DNA from: an uncultured bacterium
GTDB taxonomy: Bacteria > Bacillota > CAZWXO01
Reading direction: 5' to 3'
DNA: 46,245 bases
Assembly: GCA_964637885.1 (NCBI GenBank)
Contig: CAZWXO010000005.1
Coordinates: forward strand, 1 to 46,245
Shown: piece after piece, positions 30,301 to 38,890 of the stretch
How the letters are laid out: each line of letters opens with the position of its first letter
How positions within the stretch are numbered: the stretch's first letter is position 1
Translations under genes and position numbers: made by a program
Notes under the pieces: generated by a model
Databases searched by the model: none
What the model saw: only the letters and a program-made list of their open reading frames with translations
Told to the model about the DNA's origin: nothing

Positions 30301-30621
30301 TCAATGCGCTGCTTTTTTTAGATTGGCAATTTCAGTTTTCAGCATGGGTAACAAATTGTCGATTACTCGGGTTTTTTTCGTTTTGGCACCTTCTTCGAGC
30401 TTGACAGTCAGGCTGTTCAGTTTTTCCAGGCGGAGATTAGCTGATGAGCCCTTAAGGGCGTGGAGTTTCTCTGCCAGGATAGCCCAATCAACTTTGGCGT
30501 AGGCTGCTTCCGCTTCTGTGATGAGGGTTTCGGCCTCTTCAAAAAATATCCCGAGGACGTTTAAAAGGTCGCCTCGTTCAACGGTCAACTCTTCGGCAAT
30601 TTTATCAAAATCGTAGCTCAT
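30301..30621 (-). CDS. Stand-alone Hpt (histidine phosphotransfer) protein
   Basis: All-helical ~106 aa protein with LHALKGSSANL. GGAGG RBS before the ATG at 30621. Confidence 0.85.
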   Translation of the reverse strand: MSYDFDKIAEELTVERGDLLNVLGIFFEEAETLITEAEAAYAKVDWAILAEKLHALKGSSANLRLEKLNSLTVKLEEGAKTKKTRVIDNLLPMLKTEIANLKKAAH

Positions 30622-30768
30622 GCTCCATTCCTCCTTTGATGATAAACGCATTATAACATTTTTATCGAGATGGGCGCATCTTTGGGGCGGACAATTTTTT
30701 GCAAGAAATAATTTATATGGATTCCGTGTAGGCTTAACGCCTTTTAATACGGCAGCAGAAAGGGCAAA

Positions 30769-31560
30769 ATGGATAAGAAAAATAAGGCATTTTTAGTTGA
30801 TTCCCATGTGCATTTAGACGACAAGGCCTTTGACGCTGATCGCCAGGAAGTAATTCTTTTCGCCGACCAAATCGGGGTGAAGTGGATGCTTAATCCCGGA
30901 GCCGACCTAGCCTCATCAAGGCGCGCCATTGCTTTGGCGGAAAAGCATTCCTCCGTTTATGCCGGAGTGGGGATTCATCCCCACGATGCCAAGGATGTCC
31001 CGGAGGATTGGGAAGCACAGCTCCGGATTCTGGCAGCCCATCCAAAGGCTGTTGCTCTCGGAGAAATGGGGCTGGATTATCATTACGATCATTCTCCCCG
31101 AGAGGTGCAACAGGATGTTTTTCGCCAGCAACTGCGCCTCGCCGTTGAGCTTGCCATGCCTGTCATCATCCACGAAAGAGAGGCTCCGTCTGATACGCTG
31201 ACAATTTTACAGCAGGAGAGGGTGCACAGTGTCGGAGGGGTGATGCATTGCTTTTCCGGTAGTCGTGAAACGGCAGAATTGTGTATGAAAATGGGTTTGT
31301 ATATCTCATTTGCCGGGCCCGTGACCTTCAAAAATGCCAGGCGGAGCCTGGAGGTTGCTTCGACGATTCCTCTCGATCGCCTCTTGGTCGAGACGGATGC
31401 CCCCTATCTGGCGCCCGAGCCGTATCGGGGAAAACGCAACGAGCCCGGCCATGTACTTCTCGTGGCGCAGAAGATCGCCGAAATGCGCGGGATGACGCTT
31501 CAGGAGCTAGGTGCGGCTGTCACTTTTAACGCCGAACAATTGTTCGGGATAACTGCTTGA
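30769..31560 (+). CDS. tatD: TatD family hydrolase (YabD/YcfH-like)
   Basis: DSHVHL, GIHPH, LGEMGLDYHY, IIHER, MHCFSG and VETDAPYL motifs. Confidence 0.95.
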   Translation: MDKKNKAFLVDSHVHLDDKAFDADRQEVILFADQIGVKWMLNPGADLASSRRAIALAEKHSSVYAGVGIHPHDAKDVPEDWEAQLRILAAHPKAVALGEMGLDYHYDHSPREVQQDVFRQQLRLAVELAMPVIIHEREAPSDTLTILQQERVHSVGGVMHCFSGSRETAELCMKMGLYISFAGPVTFKNARRSLEVASTIPLDRLLVETDAPYLAPEPYRGKRNEPGHVLLVAQKIAEMRGMTLQELGAAVTFNAEQLFGITA

Positions 31561-31585
31561 CATTTATTTAACTATCTGTTACAAT
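31557..31585 (+). promoter_or_regulatory. sigmaA promoter of the yabE-like gene
   Basis: TTGACA-N17-TACAAT with TGn, overlapping the tatD stop codon. Confidence 0.75.
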
Positions 31586-31663
31586 ATGCTCGACTCGGGG
31601 CCTATTGTGTCCTTTTACTAGGATGTAATAGGCTATTTTATTAGGGAAAGAGGAGGAAGCAGA

Positions 31664-32638
31664 ATGCACAACATTGTGGCACGGCGGATCATTATCTGTC
31701 TTGGCGCGGTGCTGCTTGCGATTACGGGCTTTTCACTCAACAACAAAAAGGTAGACATCTACGACGGCACAACCAAGGTGAGTCGCATGACAAGTGCGGC
31801 GACGGTGGCCGAATTCATCGAAGAAGCCGACATCATCATCAATGAGGGTGAGAAATTAGTTCCTCACGGTGGAACGCAGCTCCGTGCAGGAACAGAGATA
31901 CGAATTATGCAAGCAGTGCCGGTGACGATCGTCGTCGACGGAAAAGTTATCGAAAAAAAGCTTCACGCATTAACCATCGCCGACGCTCTCCGTGAAACAA
32001 ATGTCGTTTTAGGAAAGTATGACAAGGTTGACCACGCTTTGACGGAGAGATTAGTTTCAGGGATGGTTATCGAGGTTAAGCGGATTCAAGTGCAGGCGGA
32101 AATTGCCGAGCAGGACGTCCCTTTCGGGACGGAAATCATTCTCGATGATCGTTTGGAAAAAGGTCTTAGCAAGGTGATACGCCCTGGTCAAGCGGGACGG
32201 GCCCGTATCATTCAGGAAAAGGTCCTGGTCAACCATCAGATCTCACATCATCGAACCGGTGCAAAACATATCATTGAGCACCCGATTGCCGAGTTGGTGG
32301 CGATGGGGAACAAGACGACGATTTCCCGGAGTGGACAGAATATCAATTTCGCCCGGGCGATGGTTCTAGAGGCGACTGCTTATGAGCCGGGGTATCGCAG
32401 CAATGGTCAGTGGGCCGGGATAACGGCCATGGGAACCAAGCTGCGGCATGGAGTGGTTGCGGTAGACCCGAGGGTCATCCCGCTGGGGACCAGGCTCTAT
32501 GTCGATGGCTATGGTTTTGCAGTGGCGGAGGACACCGGAGGAGCGATCAAGGGCAAGCGGATTGATTTGCTCTATCCGACCTACGAGGCAGCGATGAGCT
32601 TTGGTCGGCAGCAAGTCAAAGTTTATATTCTTGATTAA
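31664..32638 (+). CDS. YabE/RpfB-like cell-wall protein (DUF348 + G5 + 3D domain)
   Basis: N-terminal TM, ubiquitin-like DUF348 repeats, G5 segment, and a 3D domain ATAY...AVDPRVIPLGT...AEDTGGAIKGKRIDL. Sits at the canonical yabE position between tatD and rnmV. Confidence 0.88.
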   Translation: MHNIVARRIIICLGAVLLAITGFSLNNKKVDIYDGTTKVSRMTSAATVAEFIEEADIIINEGEKLVPHGGTQLRAGTEIRIMQAVPVTIVVDGKVIEKKLHALTIADALRETNVVLGKYDKVDHALTERLVSGMVIEVKRIQVQAEIAEQDVPFGTEIILDDRLEKGLSKVIRPGQAGRARIIQEKVLVNHQISHHRTGAKHIIEHPIAELVAMGNKTTISRSGQNINFARAMVLEATAYEPGYRSNGQWAGITAMGTKLRHGVVAVDPRVIPLGTRLYVDGYGFAVAEDTGGAIKGKRIDLLYPTYEAAMSFGRQQVKVYILD

Positions 32639-32704
32639 GGTTGCTGTTGCAAATACAACAGAACAAATAGCAGCAATGCCTTTTGCTGATTTTTCCGCAA
32701 GGCT

Positions 32705-32734
32705 GAGGCTACCGTCACGGTGGCCTCTTTTTTT
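32705..32734 (+). terminator. Rho-independent terminator after the yabE-like gene
   Basis: GAGGCTACCG-TCA-CGGTGGCCTC followed by T7. Confidence 0.85.
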
Positions 32735-32820
32735 GCTATAATAAGCCGTCACCAGATTGGCGGGCAAATTATTTTGTTTAGCTCACCTAGAACGGATAAT
32801 GCGGTAAAAGAGGTGTTTTC

Positions 32821-33369
32821 TTGCTCCAGGAAGTAATCGTTGTCGAAGGCTATCACGACGCTGAAGCGGTCAAACGGGCAGTATCTGCCGAGGTGATCGT
32901 CACCAGCGGGTATGCGGTTTCCGCCCAGACTTTTGCGCTGATTGCCCATGCTCAAGCCCGCTGCGGGGTGGTAATCCTGACCGACCCTGATTTTGTCGGT
33001 GAACAGATTCGGCGACGAATCGCAGAAGTGGTGCCAGGGTGCCTGCACGCCTTCCTTAGCCAAAGTGATGCGGAGAAGAATCGGGATATTGGGATTGAGC
33101 ACGCGAAGCCTGAAGTGATACGCGAGGCCCTTGAGAAGGCCAAGGTTCATTCCGTAGACAACGGGTCTCAGGAATTTAGCAGTGCGGACATGATTGCTTG
33201 GGGACTAGCGGGGGCCCCTGCTGCTGCCCAGCGCCGTCGGGCCCTAGGGAAGATTCTTGGAATAGGCAATGCCTCGGCCAAGGCATTTCGGCAACGTCTG
33301 AACGCTTTCATGGTCGCCAGGGCAGACTTTGAGGCGGCGATGGCCCAGATTGTGGAGGATAAAGGATGA
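32821..33369 (+). CDS. rnmV: Ribonuclease M5
   Basis: Toprim EVIVVEG, ILTDPDFVGEQIR, GIEHA, and synteny with rsmA. TTG start. Confidence 0.93.
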   Translation: MLQEVIVVEGYHDAEAVKRAVSAEVIVTSGYAVSAQTFALIAHAQARCGVVILTDPDFVGEQIRRRIAEVVPGCLHAFLSQSDAEKNRDIGIEHAKPEVIREALEKAKVHSVDNGSQEFSSADMIAWGLAGAPAAAQRRRALGKILGIGNASAKAFRQRLNAFMVARADFEAAMAQIVEDKG

Positions 33370-34247
33370 ACCAGGTAAATACTCCGGCGGCGACCGCTGC
33401 CTTGATGAAGCAGTATAAAATAGTTCCCAGCAAAGCTCTGGGGCAAAATTTTCTTGTCGACCCTAATATTCTAGAGAAAATCACCAAGCTTGCCCAGCTA
33501 TCTGCCAGCGATGGTGTCCTCGAAGTGGGGCCGGGCCTAGGGGCCTTGACGAGCAAGCTAATTCAGGACGCGGGCAAGGTAGTCGCGATTGAGATCGATG
33601 ACCGGCTTTTTGGAGCGCTAAAAAATATTTTTGCTGCCGAAGCAAAGCTTTCTCTATTGCATCAGGATGCTTTGACGGCAGATTTTGAGGAAATTATCCG
33701 CACCGAATTTACCCCGGAGCAGCGCCGCAGATTGAAGGTCGTGGCTAATATTCCTTATTCGATAACTGGCCCCCTGGTGGCAACAATTTTGCGCGATGTT
33801 GCACCGATGATGTCGGTTTTGATGGTTCAGGGTGAAGTAGCCCGTCGGATGGCGGCACCTCCCGGGGGGAAAGATTACGGTTCTTTTAGCGTTTTGTGTC
33901 AGTTTTTTTGTCGCGTGACGATTGCCTTTAAGGTGCCGGGCAGCGTTTTTATTCCGCGGCCGGAAATCGAGTCGGCTGTTGTAGTGATGTCGCCCCGGTC
34001 CGAACCGCTGCCTGTCGCTGACGAAGGAGATTTTTTTCGGGTTGTGCGGACGATTTTCACGGTGCGCCGCAAGACGCTGGTTAATGGAATGCTGCTATTG
34101 CCGGAGCTGGCGGGTAGCAGGGATTTGGCAACTGAGATTGTTACTGGACTGGGCTGGTCGGAAAAGGTCCGGGGAGAAACTCTGCATGTGGAAGAATTTG
34201 TCGCCTTGTACCATCGCATCAAAGCAACTGGGGAAAAGTTATCCTAG
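33366..34247 (+). CDS. rsmA: 16S rRNA m6,2A dimethyltransferase
   Basis: LGQNFLVD, EVGPGLGALT, VANIPY, MVQGEVARR and FIPRPEIES motifs. Confidence 0.96.
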   Translation: MNQVNTPAATAALMKQYKIVPSKALGQNFLVDPNILEKITKLAQLSASDGVLEVGPGLGALTSKLIQDAGKVVAIEIDDRLFGALKNIFAAEAKLSLLHQDALTADFEEIIRTEFTPEQRRRLKVVANIPYSITGPLVATILRDVAPMMSVLMVQGEVARRMAAPPGGKDYGSFSVLCQFFCRVTIAFKVPGSVFIPRPEIESAVVVMSPRSEPLPVADEGDFFRVVRTIFTVRRKTLVNGMLLLPELAGSRDLATEIVTGLGWSEKVRGETLHVEEFVALYHRIKATGEKLS

Positions 34248-34308
34248 CGAAATTAGTGGGTAATTTGTTTTGTAAAGAGACAAAAGTCCTTATTTCTTTA
34301 AATATTTG

Positions 34309-34337
34309 TTGACAAGGAAATATCCTCTTGCTATAAT
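34309..34337 (+). promoter_or_regulatory. sigmaA promoter P1 of veg
   Basis: Perfect TTGACA-N17-TATAAT with TGn. Confidence 0.85.
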
Positions 34338-34346
34338 ACTACACTT

Positions 34347-34375
34347 TTGACATTTCGCTATTTTTCATGTATAAT
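34347..34375 (+). promoter_or_regulatory. sigmaA promoter P2 of veg
   Basis: A second perfect TTGACA-N17-TATAAT. Confidence 0.85.
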
Positions 34376-34398
34376 CAAGTTAAATCTGTGCGAGGGGT

Positions 34399-34680
34399 GT
34401 GATATATTTGCAAGCGGCCACCATCATCGCTGACATCAAGAAAGGCTTGGAGCCTTACCTGGGTTGCCGGATCAGGTTGCGGGCCAACAAGGGGAGGCGA
34501 AAATATATTGAGAGGGAAGGCGTCCTGGAGAGCGTTTACCCGAATATTTTTGTTATCAAGCTGGATGAAAGCCAAAACCGACGAGTCTCCTTTAATTACA
34601 CTGATATCTTGACACAGACGATTCAGCTCCAGGTGCTGCGTAGTGAGCAGCCCCAAGTTGAACCAGGATTTGCAACTTAA
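34399..34680 (+). CDS. veg: Veg family protein
   Basis: RLRANKGRRK...GVLESVYPNIFVIKLD...RVSFNYTDILTQTI. TTG at 34408 is a plausible true start. Confidence 0.92.
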   Translation: MIYLQAATIIADIKKGLEPYLGCRIRLRANKGRRKYIEREGVLESVYPNIFVIKLDESQNRRVSFNYTDILTQTIQLQVLRSEQPQVEPGFAT

Positions 34681-34687
34681 ACGAGCA

Positions 34688-34716
34688 GCAGGCTCTCCGC
34701 TTAGCGGGGAGCCTGC
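34688..34716 (+). terminator. Stem-loop/terminator after veg
   Basis: GCAGGCTCTCCGC-TTA-GCGGGGAGCCTGC, 13-bp stem. The downstream U tract is weak. Confidence 0.6.
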
Positions 34717-34863
34717 GTCTTTATGCACACTTTTTCACCCGGAGGGACACCAGTTCCCATGCTATAACTTTCTCTTGGAGAAAGTTTTTATGGGGATAAC
34801 TATTGACCTTCGGTACGCTTTTTGCAATGATATAGTCCAATGAGACTAGATTCGTGAAAGGCT

Positions 34864-35775
34864 GTGTTAACTTTGTCCAGCAGTAGCAAAAAAATGTACT
34901 TGGCGGACGCGTCCCTGGTATTGGTCGCTCTTTTTTGGGGAGGCGGTTTTGTCGTCATCAAGGATGCCCTGGATGACATTACCCCCTTGTACATGATGGC
35001 GATTCGCTTTGTTTTCGCTTTTGTGCTAATGGGATTGGTATTTCATCGTTACTTGCGGGAAATGAATCGGAGGGATTTGCGGGCAGGCTTGTTGATTGGA
35101 GTGTTTCTATTTGCGGCATTTGCAATTCAGACGATAGCCTTGCAATACACTACCGCCGGAAAACAAGCATTCTTGACGGCAGTGTACGTAGTCATGACCC
35201 CGTTTCTTTATTGGGCCGTAACACGCAAAGCTCCGGACCGCTACTCGTTAGCGGGGGCATTTTTGGCTTTCTTTGGTATCGGATTTTTGACTCTGCAGGA
35301 GAGTATGAGCATCGGAATTGGGGATGGCTTGACTTTGGTGGCAGCCTTCTTTTTTGCGGCGCATATCGTCGCTGTCGGTTATTTTGCCCCGTCGGGCAAT
35401 GTTGTGGTCTTATCCATCGTGCAAACGGGGATGGCGGCAGCAATTTTTGTCGTTGCGGCTTTTTTCTTCGAACCGATGCCGGCCACGATTACGACCAAGG
35501 CCTGGATTTCCATCGCCTATCAAGTAATTTTTTCTACAATGGCGGCGATTATGATTCAGAATATCGCGCAGAAGTTTACGACCTCGACTCATGCCGCTAT
35601 TGCCATGAGCCTCGAGGCTGTGTTTGGAGTGCTTTTGGCCTTGATTTTTCTTGGAGAATCCCTGACTTTTCGGATTGTAGTGGGTTGTATTTTAATATTT
35701 ATTGCTATAATAACAACAGAAACTAAATTAGATTTCTTGAAGCCTCCAGTGAAAAAATACAAGGATGCGGCTTAA
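34864..35775 (+). CDS. EamA/DMT family transporter
   Basis: Ten-TM duplicated EamA pattern (LFWGGGF, AIRF, TTAGKQAFLT, EAVFG). Exact start uncertain (34864, 34873 or 34894). Confidence 0.9.
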   Translation: MLTLSSSSKKMYLADASLVLVALFWGGGFVVIKDALDDITPLYMMAIRFVFAFVLMGLVFHRYLREMNRRDLRAGLLIGVFLFAAFAIQTIALQYTTAGKQAFLTAVYVVMTPFLYWAVTRKAPDRYSLAGAFLAFFGIGFLTLQESMSIGIGDGLTLVAAFFFAAHIVAVGYFAPSGNVVVLSIVQTGMAAAIFVVAAFFFEPMPATITTKAWISIAYQVIFSTMAAIMIQNIAQKFTTSTHAAIAMSLEAVFGVLLALIFLGESLTFRIVVGCILIFIAIITTETKLDFLKPPVKKYKDAA

Positions 35776-35804
35776 ATTTTAGGCCGGCGAGAGGATGAAG
35801 CAGG

Positions 35805-36188
35805 ATGAGAATACTAGTTGCCGACGATTCAAATTTTATGCGAGGGCAAGTAATCCGAATGCTCAAAACTAAATTTCCACAGGCTGAAATCGACGATGCC
35901 CCGGATGGCGCCGTGGCAGTGGAGAAGTTTGTTCAGGGATCCTACGATTTAGTCTTGCTGGATTTGTTGATGCCAAAAATTAGCGGTGACGGCGCTTTAA
36001 AACGCATTCGGGAAATTAACCAGGATGTCTTAGTGGCCATTCTGTCTGCTGATGTGCAAAAGATGACTCGGGAAGAGTTGATGCTTTCGGGGGCGGATTT
36101 GTTCTTGAATAAACCCATCAGCTTTGAAAAAATTGATCAAATCATAAGTCTCATGCAAGAGCGAGGGATTAAATTTGAGGAGGCATAG
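35805..36188 (+). CDS. Single-domain CheY-like response regulator
   Basis: ILVADDS, LLDLLMP (phospho-Asp), LSAD and NKP motifs; 127 aa. Confidence 0.9.
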   Translation: MRILVADDSNFMRGQVIRMLKTKFPQAEIDDAPDGAVAVEKFVQGSYDLVLLDLLMPKISGDGALKRIREINQDVLVAILSADVQKMTREELMLSGADLFLNKPISFEKIDQIISLMQERGIKFEEA

Positions 36189-36190
36189 AG

Positions 36191-36841
36191 ATGCAGCAGT
36201 TATTTACTGAAGACGAGAGCGATGTCCTGCGGGAAATTATGAATTTGCATATCGGCGAAGCTGCCGCTATCTTATCAGAAATGGTCGACCGGCGGATTGT
36301 TCTTGCGGTACCGGAAATAAAACTGATTCGCCTCGGTCAGAATGCCAATGAAGTGCGGGAAGGCCTGCGAGATGTCTTTGATGGTCAGGTAGTCTCCTCC
36401 TCGTTAAGCTTTGGGGATGATTTTTCCGGCCGGGCCTACTTTGTCTTTCCAAGTCGGCAGGCGCGGTCGCTAGTGGCGCTTTGCCTGGGACAATCACCAG
36501 CCGAAGCGCCAGTAAATGCCGATTTGCCCTTTATGGACGATGATGTGGATGTGGTACGCGAGATTGGCAATGTCATTCTCAATTCGATTATCGGTGGTTT
36601 CTCAAATATTTTAGAACTGCGGCTCAATTACTCTCTTCCCGAGGTCGAGGTGTTTGATTTTAATTCCGCGGAAAACACCAGTCATAACTTGACTGGAATG
36701 CATCTCCTGATTATCAGAGCAAGCTTTCTGGTGGAGAAGGATACAGTCGAAGGAGCGGTTTTGATTGTTTTTAGCCTGCGCAGTATCGAAATGTTAAAAG
36801 CTAAGATGGCGGCTTTGCTTCTGGCAAATTTAGATGGATAG
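36191..36841 (+). CDS. CheC-family aspartyl-phosphate phosphatase
   Basis: Two D-x3-E-x2-N motifs (DVLREIMN; DVVREIGN) with downstream Pro residues. Confidence 0.85.
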   Translation: MQQLFTEDESDVLREIMNLHIGEAAAILSEMVDRRIVLAVPEIKLIRLGQNANEVREGLRDVFDGQVVSSSLSFGDDFSGRAYFVFPSRQARSLVALCLGQSPAEAPVNADLPFMDDDVDVVREIGNVILNSIIGGFSNILELRLNYSLPEVEVFDFNSAENTSHNLTGMHLLIIRASFLVEKDTVEGAVLIVFSLRSIEMLKAKMAALLLANLDG

Positions 36842-38885
36842 GATGCTCGAAGCGGCCTTTAATTTGGCTGATAGTGGGACAATAATCGTCGATGCTGGCT
36901 TGCGGATCGTCTTTTGCAATAAGTGGTTTTCGGATCGGGTAGGAATCGAAGCCGCTCTTTTAAACGGGCAGATTCTCGGCGACGTTTTCCCCAGGTGGCA
37001 GGACCCGGGGCAGCGGGAGGCCTTGCAAAAGGCCTTGGAACATGGTTTGGGCCGCTATCTCTCGGGGGCGCTGCATCCTGGACTCTTTGATATGGCTGTC
37101 GATGAGGGTGGAAAGCGCTATAATGTCGGGATCAAGCCATATTCGACGGACAATCGCACTTTTATTCTGTTGGATATCCATGATAATGCCACGCGCCAGA
37201 ACAGTTCGGCATCGATCAAAAGTTTTATCGGTGAGCTTGAGCAAGAGAATCGACGCAGACGGAGCAGTGAAAAGGTGGCCCGTCGCTTGGCGACCCGTGA
37301 CTCTCTAACAGGTTTGCCAAATCGGCGCGATTTTGAAATTAGTAGCGCAAAGTACATCGATGCTGCTAATCAGGGTGCCGAGATGGCGGCGGTGTTTTTA
37401 ATCGACTTGGATAGTTTAAAGGCAATCAACGAAAAAGACGGACACCACGCTGGGGATCAGGTGTTGGTGGAAATGGCCTCGAGAATTCAAAATTTTGCAG
37501 CTGACCGAGGATCTGTCGCCAGGTATGGCGGTGATGAATTTGCCATGTGTCTTCCTGGCCTTTCCAAGGTCGCAGATATTGTCGCGGAGCTGGATATCTT
37601 GATGGAGACAATCCGCCGTCCTTGTAAGTTTTGCGACGAGAATCACGTCGTAACAGCAAGTGTCGGCGTATCTCTTTGTCCGGTTGACGGGGTTGATTTG
37701 GTGCATCTCACGCAGCTGGCGGATGTGGCAATGCGTGGCGTGAAATACTCGGGGGGAGATAACTTTAGTTTTTATAGCCCTGCTTTGACAGAGCTGGTTC
37801 AGGAAATGGGAGCCCGTCGGGCCGCAGAACTGGCCCGAGAGGAAACCGAGTCCAAATACTATAATCTTTTTCACATTATGCCGGATGGGTTTCTATATTT
37901 AAAACTTCTCTTTGACCAATCGATGCGTATCGTCGACGGGGTGGTTATCGAGGTCAACGAGGCTTTCGAGCGGCAAGCAGGCGTGACCAAGGAACAAATT
38001 TTAGGTCAAAAAACCTCCATTTTGAATCAGATGCACAATCAGGCATCCTGGGATTTGAACAAGATGTACGATGATATTGTCGTCCACCACAAGCAACCGC
38101 GTTTTGAGGTGATGAGCAGTAGCGGCAAACACTTTATATCTCTTAGCTTTCATGTGCCCTTCCCTGGGTATATGGCGGTGCTTGCCACGGATATGCATAA
38201 ATCAGTTTTTGCAACATCTTCAGATACAGCAGGCAACGGAGCGACCGATACTCGTCTATGGGACGTTGTTCTGGGTGTGGCCGTTTATCTACAGAAAGTT
38301 ATGGCAGAGTTAGGGCAGAGCAAGTTTGCTCAATGTTGCCCAAGTGAGTTTTCTCAAATTGCCGCTGCCGCTTGCGCCACTTCGGAAACGTTGCAAACGG
38401 TAGCTGGCTTCAAGTCCGATGCACTTGAAATGCGGGAGGTCAACTCCGAACTTTTACTGGAAGTGATGCTGACAGATGCCGAGGAGCTTTTGCAGCAGTC
38501 GGGAAAATGCTTGGTTAGGCAGGGGGAAGAATCTTTGCCGCTGGTTTGCTGTTGTTCGGAAATAGTCGGGGATGTTTTTAGCCAGCTATTGCGTCTATTC
38601 CTCGATGGAAGCATCAATGGCCAGGAAGATATAATACTGGGAGCATATGTCGAAGAGAACATTGTTAAAATTCAGTTTTGCTCAGCTACCGGCAAGCTGA
38701 AGCTTCCCCCAGGCAATTTTTGGGATACCCAGGAAATTGATACTGCCGAGCCTCATACTCGACTGCGTCAGATCGCTTGGTTGTCTAAGGCTGGGGGAGT
38801 CCTGTTATCAAGAGATACGACAGTGCTCGAGGACTGCCTGACAGTTAGAATGAAAAAAAACTCAGAAATAAAGAGTGAGGTTTAG
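36834..38885 (+). CDS. PAS-GGDEF-PAS diguanylate cyclase with divergent C-terminal domain
   Basis: N-terminal PAS, DSLTGLPNRR, IDLDSLKAIN, ARYGGDEF, a second PAS (EVNEAFERQAG) and about 200 aa of unassigned C-terminus. Confidence 0.85.
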   Translation: MDRMLEAAFNLADSGTIIVDAGLRIVFCNKWFSDRVGIEAALLNGQILGDVFPRWQDPGQREALQKALEHGLGRYLSGALHPGLFDMAVDEGGKRYNVGIKPYSTDNRTFILLDIHDNATRQNSSASIKSFIGELEQENRRRRSSEKVARRLATRDSLTGLPNRRDFEISSAKYIDAANQGAEMAAVFLIDLDSLKAINEKDGHHAGDQVLVEMASRIQNFAADRGSVARYGGDEFAMCLPGLSKVADIVAELDILMETIRRPCKFCDENHVVTASVGVSLCPVDGVDLVHLTQLADVAMRGVKYSGGDNFSFYSPALTELVQEMGARRAAELAREETESKYYNLFHIMPDGFLYLKLLFDQSMRIVDGVVIEVNEAFERQAGVTKEQILGQKTSILNQMHNQASWDLNKMYDDIVVHHKQPRFEVMSSSGKHFISLSFHVPFPGYMAVLATDMHKSVFATSSDTAGNGATDTRLWDVVLGVAVYLQKVMAELGQSKFAQCCPSEFSQIAAAACATSETLQTVAGFKSDALEMREVNSELLLEVMLTDAEELLQQSGKCLVRQGEESLPLVCCCSEIVGDVFSQLLRLFLDGSINGQEDIILGAYVEENIVKIQFCSATGKLKLPPGNFWDTQEIDTAEPHTRLRQIAWLSKAGGVLLSRDTTVLEDCLTVRMKKNSEIKSEV

Positions 38886-38890
38886 CTGGA

